64,000 nt of DNA, from assembly GCF_964204645.1 (NCBI RefSeq), contig NC_134026.1:14914150-14978149 (forward strand). Direction: 5' to 3'. Source of the DNA: Tubulanus polymorphus. Its lineage: Eukaryota > Animalia > Nemertea. The notes under the pieces are model-generated. The model saw nothing but the letters and a program-made list of their open reading frames with translations. It searched no databases and was not told where the DNA came from. This document shows, one piece after another, positions 51,841-62,392 of this stretch (within the stretch, counting starts at the first letter, position 1; each line of letters begins with the position of its first letter). A program made the position numbers and the translations under genes.

Positions 51841-52012
51841 AGTAATAGGGGAAATAGGTTTTCAGATCAAAATGAACGCTCGAATTTATTTTTCATTTTT
51901 TATGAGTTTCACTCCTAATTAAAGTAGAAATTATTATTATTTTCATATTTTTCATTTTTTACTCACTCGCCGTTTCAACCTTTAATCTGAAAGCCTATTT
52001 CCCCTATTACTC
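51841..52012. repeat. Terminal hairpin of copy C (outer arm partly deleted)
   Basis: (act)agtaataggggaaataggttttcagat ... atctgaaagcctatttcccctattactc. Confidence 0.85.
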
Positions 52013-52280
52013 TTAAAATATTTATATACATGAAAAAAAAATATATGAATAACATATAAATTGATAGATTATTCAATATAAAGTGTTAGTAAAAAAGTAA
52101 CGAGTAATTAACGAGCTCTTATAGATAGATAAATAGATATTTTTTAAACATATTTCAATATTTATATTTGTATTTGTAAGATTTTTAAACATTAAAAGTG
52201 TTAGTATAGTGTGATTGAAATAATTCATATTTAAATCATTGAACTTCTAAAATCAATTTTAATAAAAATTTAGTATTAAA

Positions 52281-55200
52281 ATGGAAACAAATAAGTACTA
52301 CTGTTAAACATGTAAAATCAATATAAATAAATCAATCCCAAAAATAATAAGACATAATAAAACTAAAACACATTTAGAGAATAAATTGAAATTAGAATAT
52401 GAAGATGATATATTAGAAACTAAATTAGATGAATTAAAGAATGAAAAAGAAACATACAAATGTGATGCGTGTAATCAATCATTCAGTGATAAAAGATATT
52501 ATAATGAACATTTAAAATCTAAAAGTCATATTAGAAATAAGAATAATGATATTTTAGGTGAAGATTATTTTGATGAAGATAATGATAAGAAACAGAAGAC
52601 AATTAAAAGAATAAAAAATAAATTAAACAATAAAAGACCATACATGGAAGATGTAAGAAATTATATTAATTCATTAGATAATAATAAAGATATAGAAATA
52701 ACCGAAGCATTTAAAAGTGATATTGGTCCAGCAGCAATTGAGTTTAAATTTCATAAAGGAAAAACATTAGAAGAAAATAAAAAACATTTAGAAAATATGA
52801 AAAATATTATAAAAATAATAACTAATGTTGAATATCCTAAAATTAGTATATCTTCTAAAGTAAAGTTTATAAAATCTGAAGATAAACCAATATATAATAG
52901 AAATTCTCATTCACAACATATTATATCTAAACAACATATAGATGATAAATTAGATAAATGTTATAATGAAGTAAAAACTAAAATAGAAGAGAAATATTTT
53001 GAAGGATCAGGTTTAATATTTGATGAAATAATATTTATGACTTTACATGTCTATAACACAAAATATAATGAGGTAACTAAATCGAAACCAATAGATGAAA
53101 ATAATGTATCATATCATAAAGAACCAGATATTTAAGCATCGAGTTATATTAAACTACCATTTAAAACTAATGCTGTTATAAATGTACACAATTTTGATGA
53201 TAAATGTTTTTTATGGGCAATAATTAGTTGCTTACATGCTGCAACTGATAATATTTGTAGATTAACTCATTATAAACCATTTGAAAATAATTATAAGATA
53301 GATAATTATCCTGTTAGAATTAAAAATATTCCAAAAATAGAAAGAGATAATAATTTAAAAATAAATGTATTTGATTTAATCAAATTGCCAAAAACAAAAG
53401 GTAACAATATAAGACATTATACATTAGAACCTTTATACCTTTAAGATTATGATTCAAATGATGTTATAGATATATTATAGTATGAGAATCATTATATGTG
53501 GATTAAACAAATCGATTTATTCTTTAGAACAGAAAGTGATCACCATAATAAAATATATCTTTGTAGAAAATGTTTACATAAATTCAGTAATGAAAGTACA
53601 TTATTAAATCATAAACAATTATGTGAAAATCATGATTATTGTAAATTAGTTTTACCAAATGAAAAGGATAAAATATTAGAATTCAAAAAAATATGATTTC
53701 AAAAATAAAGTACCATTTGTAATATATGGAGATTTTGAATCATTAAATAAAGAATTAACTGATCAAGATAGAAAAGAAATATATCATAAAAGAAAGAAAT
53801 TAAATTCTAATGAAAATGATATAATTGATTATTCAGATCCCCTAATAACAACTACTATTAAAAAGATTCATCAATCAGCTGCAGCTTTCGGATTATATAT
53901 TAAATCTGATTATCCAGAACTAGTTAAAAGTGAATATTATCATTATAGAAATTAAAATGTTATCAATCATTTTTGTGACTTATTAATTGAATATGAAATA
54001 AGATTTAGTAAATTATTGAATAAAAATATAGAAATTATTATGACAGAAGAAGATAAAGAAGCATTTGAGTTTGCAGATAAATGTTATTATTGTGAAAAGA
54101 TATTTAATTATAAAGATAAAAAAGTAAGAGACCATGATCATTTGAATGGAAAGTTTAGAGGTGCAGCGCATGAGAATTGTAATTTGCAAGCAAAGAAAAT
54201 AAATTTTGTTCCAGTTATATTTCATAATCTATCAGGATATGATGCACATTTATTCATCAAACAGTTATGCCATAAAATAGAAGAAATTAATAATGAAATA
54301 GAAAGATTAAATTCAAATAGATCAAAAGATAAAATACCAACTTGTAAATTTAAAATGTTAGCTAGAACATCTGAGAATTATATATCATTCCAATTTGGGT
54401 GTCTAAGATTTATAGATTCATATAGATTTTTAAACAGTTCATTAGATAACTTATCAAAATCATTAGTTGATGATGAATTAAAAATATTAAAACAACACTA
54501 TCCAAATAATGATAATTTTAAATTAATGAGATATAAAGGCGCAATTCCATATTCATTTTATAAATCACATAATGATTTTAATATAACTGAATTATTAAAA
54601 GAACAATTTTATGATGAATTAAAAAATGAATATGTTAAAGATGAAGTATATAATAGAACATTGAATATTTGGAATCATTTTGTAATGAAAAATCATGGAC
54701 AATTAGTAGATTTATATTTAAAACCAGATGTATTATTATTAACCGATATATTCGAAAGATTTAGAGATGTAAACCTAAAATATTTTAATGTTGATCCATG
54801 TCATTGTTATTCATCACCAGGATTAATTTGGGATTGTGGATTAAAATTTACAGATATAAAAATGGATTTGTTAACAAATATAGATCAATTACTATTATTT
54901 GAAAAATCTATAAGAGGAGGAGTTTCAGGTGTATTAGGTGATAGACATTTCAATGTAAATGATAACCCTGGATATAAGTTATTATATATAGATGCAAATA
55001 ATTTGTATGGTTGGGCAATGATGGAACCACAACCTTATGGAGTATTTGAAATAAGTGAAGTTTTACAACATGAAAATAATGATAAATTTGATTGGAAGAA
55101 AAGAATCCTAGATATTGCAGATGATTCAGATACTGGTTACTTCTTCGTTGAAGATTTAGAATATCCTGAAAACATTAAATTTAAATCTAGAAATCTAGCA

Positions 55201-55778
55201 TACTGTCCCGAACATAAAACTGTTACTCATGAAGAACTATCAAATTATCAAAAAAAGAATTAAACCCGATAATCATATTCATACAGAAAAGTTAATGGAA
55301 ACTCAGGAAGATAAATATAATTATGTAGTACATTATAGAATGTTGAAGTTTTATCTAAAACAAGGAATGATCCTAAAAAAAGTACATAGATATATTTCAT
55401 TTAGTCAATCTAAGTGGTTAGAAAAATATATAGATTTTAACACCAAACAGAGAACTGAAGCTAAAACTGATTTCGAGAAAGATTTTTTCAAACTAATGAA
55501 TAATGCATTCTATGGAAAAACTTGTGAAAAATATTAGAAATAGAAATGATATTGAGTTAGTTAGTAATGGTAAAAGGATAAGGCATTTACAATCATACCC
55601 TAAATTTATTGGCAACAGAATATTTGATGAAAATTTAGCTGCAGTTAAAATGAGAAGAACATCTATGAAATTTAATAAACCAATTAATGTTGCAGCATCA
55701 GTTTTAGAATTATCAAAGTTATTAATGTATGAATTCTATTATAATGTATTACAACCTCATTTTGGAGAAAAACATATA
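52281..55778 (+). pseudogene. polB: pPolB copy C, truncated at ...FGEKHI just before motif C
   Basis: Colinear with 38803-42291; joined at about 55779 to a minus-strand ATPase fragment. Confidence 0.93.
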
Positions 55779-55779
55779 C

Positions 55780-56007
55780 ATTTTCTTTTACTGTTTTTGG
55801 ATCTAATATAATAAACTTTTTTATCTTAACTATATCTCTATTATATGTTTTATTCATTTCATAAGTGGGGCAGAATAATTTTATATTATCAAAATGATAC
55901 TTATAAATAGTTTCTAACAAGTCTAATATGAAATGTGTTTTACCACAGTTGGTTACTCCAGTTACTAACATATTATGCGGTTCAAATATAAATAAATCTC
56001 TATTCAT
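55780..56007 (-). pseudogene. Packaging ATPase 5' half (truncated)
   Basis: MNRDLFIFEPHNMLVTGVTNCGKT...DPKTVKEN, then junction. Confidence 0.88.
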
Positions 56008-56663
56008 TTATTCTTTTAATTTTACTAGATAAAATCCATTCATTTATCATCATATCCTTTATATTTCACCAAAGAATACTTTTTTCCTTTAAGAGTTTTT
56101 GTTTTCAATACTTTTTCTATTTTGTATTCTATTTCATCTGGGTTTGGCACAAGTGATAATTCTTGTTCATAGAAATAACCTAATATTTCTTCATATTTTA
56201 GATCTTCTAATTTATAAACAAAAGGTTTAGTTAATATTATCTTTTTAATCTTGAATATTTCTTCGGTAAAATTAGGGGTATAACCTTTATAAAATGTTTT
56301 TCTATATTTAGATATTCTTACGGTTCAAATATAAATAAATCTCTTTTCATTTATTCTTTTAATTTTACTAGATAAAATCCATTCATTTATCATCATATCC
56401 TTTATATTTCACCAAAGATTACTTTTTTCCTTTAAGAGTTTTTGTTTTCAATACTTTTTCTATTTTGTATTCTATTTCATCTGGGTTTGGTACAAGTGAT
56501 AATTCTTGTTCATAGAAATAACCTAATATTTCTTCATATTTTAGATCTTCTAATTTATAAACAAAAGGTTTAGTTAATATTATCTTTTTAATCTTGAATA
56601 TTTCTTCGGTAAAATTAGGGGTATAACCTTTATAAAATGTTTTTCTATATTTAGATATTCTTA
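55978..56663. repeat. Tandem duplication (~343 bp x2) of the integrase 3' end and ATPase start
   Basis: cggttcaaatataaataaatctc...gatattctta occurs at 55978 and again at 56321. Confidence 0.88.
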
Positions 56664-57423
56664 CATGTTGCCTAATTTTAAATTTAGGTTCTCCGAAATC
56701 ATGTGTAACAAACGCTCCATATAAATAATTCCAAACTATTTCTGAATTATCTTCTTTTCTAGCTTGTATTGGTTTCATATTTATAGAACTATGTTTAGAA
56801 TTATTATAACCTTTCACTAAATCATCTAACACATCGATATATTTATACGTTTCATTAGCAGTAAAATATTTCCACATTCTAGTTTTCAATGTTTTATTAA
56901 ATCTTTCTATAATAGATGCTTTTTTATCTGAATGTGTTGAAAAATAATCTACATCGTTATCAGATAATAGTTTTTTAAAATGTTTGTTATAAAATTCCTT
57001 ACCTTCATCAAATTGTATCTTATCTGGAATAGCTTCTTTAAATATTGATTTAAAAGCATTTGTCACTTCTATACCAGTTTTATTTTTGATTGGAATTGAC
57101 CATGCGTATCTACTGAATATGTCTATAACATTTAATAACCAGAAATATCCTTTGTTGTGTTCTTCTAAGTTATTCATGTCAATTAAATCTGCTTGCCATT
57201 GTTGATCGATATATGAAACCATAACTTTTCTTGTTAAATAAGTTTTATCCATTTTCTTGTGGATTTGATATGTTGGTTGATTTTGTAACCATAATCTTAG
57301 TTCACTATATTTTATATTTTCATTATCAGATTTAATTGTATTCCATAATTCTGAAACGTTTGAATATGATGCTTCACTTTCTGGGTTGTAATATAAATCT
57401 CTTAAATATTCTTCTTTTTTCAT
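56350..57423 (-). pseudogene. RVE integrase with chromodomain; 334 aa open with complete DDE core, stop inside the chromodomain
   Basis: WQADLID, FDEGKEF and IERFNKTLK all intact. Confidence 0.92.
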
Positions 57424-57429
57424 CTTATT

Positions 57430-58425
57430 TTAATCCATTAATAATAATTTAGATTTAGTTTCAATGGTTTTATGATTTGACTTATTTTCTGGTATAATAG
57501 GTTTATTGTCTTTTCACAGATAACTAAGTTTCCGATCATCATTGGAATCATCTTTATCATCAGATTTGAATTTTGATTTATATATTACACCAGAGAATAT
57601 AATAATTGTGATTAACCCAATTGTAATATATATAAGTAATTATTTCTTCCACTATTAGAAGAATCAGATGGATTATTATTTGAATTAATATCAGATAAAG
57701 TCTGTGATTCATTTATATCATTTAATTTCTTTTTCTTAGCTTTTTATTAATTCTGAAGATCTTTTACCTAATTCTCTTGCCCATTTAATTTGTTTCTCGG
57801 ATCTAGGCTTTTTCTTAACGCCATCACTCATTTATTTTAGATAATTTTTGTTCTGATTCATTTTCTGTTTCACCGTTTGGTTGTAGTACATCTGTTTCGT
57901 TCTTACCTGATTTATATTCCATAGGTTTGATATTCGAAAATGTTATGACGCCAGTAGAAATTAATGTCATAACCGATCCTAATTGAAATGAAGCATAACC
58001 AACCCATTTTTGTAATTCAGTCATAACTAAATAGTCATTTTTCAAATCACTATATAATTTATTTTCATCATCAATTGGTATTAACTGGTTACATAATTTA
58101 GAGTAACATTTGACAATACCATCTGAAATAGAATCATTTATTCGGGCTAATCTTGCCTCTTCATAAATCTTAAAATATTTTATTACTTTATCAGTTTCAT
58201 AGCATCTAATTCTTGAAAAGTTATTATTTTTCCCAAGAAATCCTTAGATTTCCCGCCAACAATTAGTAATTCAAGATGATGCTTACAATATAAATAGTAT
58301 TCATAATCTATATTGTTATTAACTTGAATAGAATTAGAAACAACTGTATCCTTATTATCACTAATACCCAAATCATCTAATGTTTTTTCAATATCAATAC
58401 TATTCTTACTCGATTTTTTTGACAT
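57430..58425 (-). pseudogene. Two small viral genes (homologs of 30518-30904 and 29911-30525), frameshifted
   Basis: Direct similarity to copy A genes in the same order. Confidence 0.75.
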
Positions 58426-58726
58426 TTATATTAGAGAAATTTAATAAGAAAAATATTATAAGTATTATAAAATGATACTAGATAGTTAAAGTTAAAGAAT
58501 TCTAGTATTGACTACTGATACTAGCTATTTGAATTTAAAGAATTTCTATTTGAATCTATTCAAAATATAAAGTATTCTCTTTTTGAAAAGAAAATATTAA
58601 AAATATAATAGAATTCACTAGCAGTTGAAGTTATTGTTTTTTTATTATATTTTATTTAAATTAGATTTAATATCTCACTACTATTGTCTATCTATTAGGA
58701 GCAGTAATTATAACTGTCCAGATAAG

Positions 58727-59476
58727 TCATTTCGGATCCTCGATAATAAATTCCTCAACGTATTGTTCATTTTTAGGATCATTGTTCCATAATTCAATAA
58801 ATGTCTTTGCTTTATCTAATTTATCCAAATATAACTGAAAATCTAGTTTATTAGATTTGATTTTATTTTCTTTCTTTTCAAGAGGTCTTAGATTCTTCCA
58901 ATTCCATATTAACTTCTGATTGTATTCATCATTCATGTTAAATTTCGAAACTGGTAAAACATTGTCTATTTGAAAATATTCGCCATAATTATTTATATTC
59001 ATTTCATCATTAAACTGATATATTATCCATGATTTTAAGAATTTATCTGTACAACCTAACAAATTAGATAACGTGTATGAGTGTTTGTCTTTACTGAATA
59101 ATTGTGATAATCTATTACCTAGGTATTGTCTCATTTTGAAATTAAAATCTGTTCGGCGCCTCTTTTTTTGATAATTATTATAATATTCTGGATTATTTTC
59201 TCTCCATTGTTTTTTCGTTACTTTACATTTTTCTAGATTATTTAGATAATATTGTTTGTCTTTTTCTTTACATTTTTCAATATTATCTACATAATATTGT
59301 TTACTATATAATTTACTACAAGTTTTACAAATATTTCTTTTACCATCTTTTTAATTGTTATCTTTATTAAATTCTGCTAATAATTTATTTATTTTACACT
59401 TATAACATGTCTTCTGATATATATTTATAACACCATTACTGTTTATATTTATAGTTTGTGATTGTGCGCTTTCCAT
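58727..59476 (-). pseudogene. HNH-type endonuclease, frameshifted
   Basis: MESAQSQTININ...CIKC...CKTC...LGCTDKFLKSWIIYQF...NYGEYFQIDNVLP...NWKNLRPL. Confidence 0.75.
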
Positions 59477-59611
59477 TTATAATACATATTTTTATTAAAA
59501 TTGATTAACATGTAAGAATCCTATTCATAATCTCAAACTGAAAATACATTCAAAGAAACGACTGGTGGAATTACTATTTCATAAACACATATATTTATTA
59601 TGCAAATTTTA

Positions 59612-59832
59612 GCGATCGATAATAGAACAATGGAGAACAATAGAAAAGCGGTCCAATCGGACCGGTTATTGCTCAATACACAGTTATATTTTTATTCTGT
59701 AAACTACAACATTCAAACATAGAAATGTAACCAATCAATATTGAGCAGCTGTTTCCGTCAACAACGATCAATAATAGAACAATGGAGAACAATAGAAAAG
59801 CGGTTCAATCGGACCGGTTATTGCGCAATACT
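59612..59832. repeat. Direct repeat (about 65 bp, spaced about 152 bp) in a non-viral-looking spacer
   Basis: ataatagaacaatggagaacaatagaaaagcggt..aatcggaccggttattgc.caatac occurs twice. Confidence 0.85.
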
Positions 59833-60381
59833 TAGTTAACAGTAAACAATACAATATTAAGACAGATATATACAATCGAGATTACATTTTTGATATCTAT
59901 ATTACAAAGACCTTCAGTGTGTTACGAGAGTTTTATCCTCCATTTCTATTGATTCCTGAGTTTCACTATCCAGCAGCATTAGTTCCTTTTCCGATGGTTG
60001 GCTTAGAATTTCTGGTCGATCTCTGTATTCCATTTTAATCTAAAAGATATCGTGAAAATGAATTACTGTACTTAAATATGTTTAAAGGTTTCCCTACTTC
60101 ATAATAACTACAAAAAACGGTACTTACATTTAGATTTAGAACTGTAAACTGTGTTTTGAGAGAGAATATCCAATACGTACTATGTATGTGAAAGTTGATT
60201 TCTAACTGCCGACGTGGCGCGCGTTCGACCAAACTAATTATTTCTGCACAGATGTTCTTTATGATGAAGTTAATTATTTCTTTAGAATTGAAAACAAGAT
60301 ATATTTGGCAACGTATGTTTTAGTAGTAGGCAAAAGCTATGTATTATAGACATACAAAGCTCAAATAGAATTGCCAGCTTT

Positions 60382-61050
60382 CTAACCACTGATTAAAACC
60401 TCAGAATGCGGTTGATTCTGTGAAATACTATTCCATAATTCAACAAATGTCTTTGCTTTATCCAGTTGATCTAAATATAACTGTAAATCTAGTTTGTTAG
60501 ATTTAATTATGTTTTCCTTCTTTTCTAAAGGTCTTAGATTCTTCCAATTCCAAATAAGTTTTTTATTGTATTCATCATTCATGTTAAATTTAGAAATCGG
60601 CAACACATGATCAATATGGTAATAATCCCCATAATTATCTATATTCATTTTATCGTCGAATTGATATATTATCCATGATTTGAGAAATTCATCTGTACAA
60701 CCCAACAAATTAGATAGTGTTTCTGAATGTATTTCTTTGTTGAATAATTGTGTTAATCTAGATCTTAAACATTGTTTCAATCTAAAATTAAGATCTGTTT
60801 TATATCTTTCTCTCATATATTCTGCCATATAATAATTATAATGTTCTATATTATCTTCTCGATATTGTTTGGTATATAGTTTAGTGCAAGTTTTACAGCA
60901 ATATTGAAAACCATCTTTGCTAATCTTACGCTTACTAAATTCTGTTAAAGCTAATTTATCATATTCACATTTAGAACACTTCTTGTAGTATATGTTTATG
61001 ACACCAGTGTTATTTGTAATATTGATAGTTTGTGGTTGTTCTGATTCCAT
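60382..61050 (-). CDS. HNH-type endonuclease, intact 222 aa
   Basis: CSKC...CKTC; LGCTDEFLKSWIIYQF...NYGDYYHIDHVLP...NWKNLRPL...ENIIKSNK. Confidence 0.78.
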   Translation of the reverse strand: MESEQPQTINITNNTGVINIYYKKCSKCEYDKLALTEFSKRKISKDGFQYCCKTCTKLYTKQYREDNIEHYNYYMAEYMRERYKTDLNFRLKQCLRSRLTQLFNKEIHSETLSNLLGCTDEFLKSWIIYQFDDKMNIDNYGDYYHIDHVLPISKFNMNDEYNKKLIWNWKNLRPLEKKENIIKSNKLDLQLYLDQLDKAKTFVELWNSISQNQPHSEVLISG

Positions 61051-61282
61051 TTATTATACATATTTTTTTACTAAATTGATTTTAGAAGTTCAATGATTTA
61101 TATCATGTATTATTTCAATCACACTTTACTAACACTTTTAATATTTAAAAATCTAACTCATACAAATATAAATATTGAAATAATGTTGTAAATATATCTA
61201 TATATCTATTCTATAAGAGCTTACACTTTTATATTGAATAATCTATCAATTTAAATGTTATTCATTGATATGAATATTTTAA

Positions 61283-61549
61283 GAGTAATAGGAGTAATAG
61301 GCTTTCAGGTTAAAGGTTGAACGGGCGGGTGAGTAAAAATGAAAAACATGAAAATAATAACAATTTCTACTTGAATTAGGAGTGAAACTCATAAAAATGA
61401 AAAATAAATTCGAGCGTGTGAGAATTTATTTTTCATTTTTATGAGTTTCGCGAGTAATTCAAGTAGTTTTGTTATTATTTTCATGTTTTTCATTTTTACG
61501 AGCTCGACCGTTCGACCTTTGGCCTGAAAGCCTATTACCCCTATTACTC
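61283..61549. repeat. Full ~267-bp imperfect palindrome (terminal hairpin)
   Basis: gagtaatagg.gtaataggctttcagg ... cctgaaagcctattacccctattactc; centre aaattc-gagcgtgtga-gaattt. Confidence 0.92.
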
Positions 61550-61994
61550 GTATCCTTACATCTGGGGTTATTCCTAAAATTTTAGCTAAAGGTTTTTTAA
61601 CTAGAAATTGATGTTGATCTTCATTACCTAATTTTATTCTTATTTTATCGGAGCTATCACTTTTAATCAGTCTTAATCCAAATCCAGCAGATGCACCCAT
61701 TTTCAACCTAGCTCTTCTATTAATTTCCTGCGCTAATGTATCTAAATTATATAATCCTGGTTTAAGATAAAGATGAAACCATTTACTTTTATTTCTATCA
61801 TGAATTAAAAAGACTCTATGTTCAATAGTTGTATATGATACATTGTAAAAAGAATTACATAAACTTATATAAACTAATTTTAAATCAACAGAATTCTTAA
61901 ATTCTCTATCTAATTGTACTAGTAAATTATGTAATTTATAATTTGTAAGTCTTCTTGAATCAATAAATATTCTGTATTCTTTTAATTCTACCAT
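61550..61994 (-). pseudogene. Probable minor capsid protein, 3'-truncated by the hairpin
   Basis: Homolog of 43241; similarity ends at ...KILGITPDVRI, after which the ORF reads into the hairpin. Confidence 0.75.
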
Positions 61995-62009
61995 TTATTT
62001 TACATATTT

Positions 62010-62363
62010 TATTCGAAATCTATTTCATGGTGCCCTTTTTCATTCTTACCTTTGTATATGAAATAGAAATCTCCAGAACATAATTCTTCTAAATCTTCAC
62101 TTGATAATCTATGAAATCTATCTGGTAAATATGTTCTGAATTTTATATATATTTCTTTTTAATCCTTCATATTCTAAGTGTATAACTAATTTATCTCCAT
62201 ATTTGTTAGTAACTGTATCAATATTTGTAATTAGATATTTCTTATGGATTGTTAATTCTTTTAACTTCTTAAATTTATAATCTACTGATTTGACATTTGA
62301 AGTATCTTTTATTCTATCTAGAAATAATTTGTTGTTCTCACTGTTTGCTTGTTTACTCTCCAT
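62010..62363 (-). pseudogene. Small conserved gene downstream of pPolB (homolog of 42870-43223), frameshifted
   Basis: MESKQANSENNK...KSVDYKFKKL...GHHEIDFE. Confidence 0.8.
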
Positions 62364-62392
62364 TTATAATACACATTTTTATTAAAATTTGA

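Noticed and set aside
52250-52262. Mimivirus early promoter AAAATTGA upstream of pPolB
   Set aside because: Present only on the opposite strand (tcaatttt) and expected by chance in such AT-rich DNA
61389-61549. Unusual C-terminal extension of the 201-aa penton-like ORF
   Set aside because: It is read-through into the hairpin terminus after gene truncation
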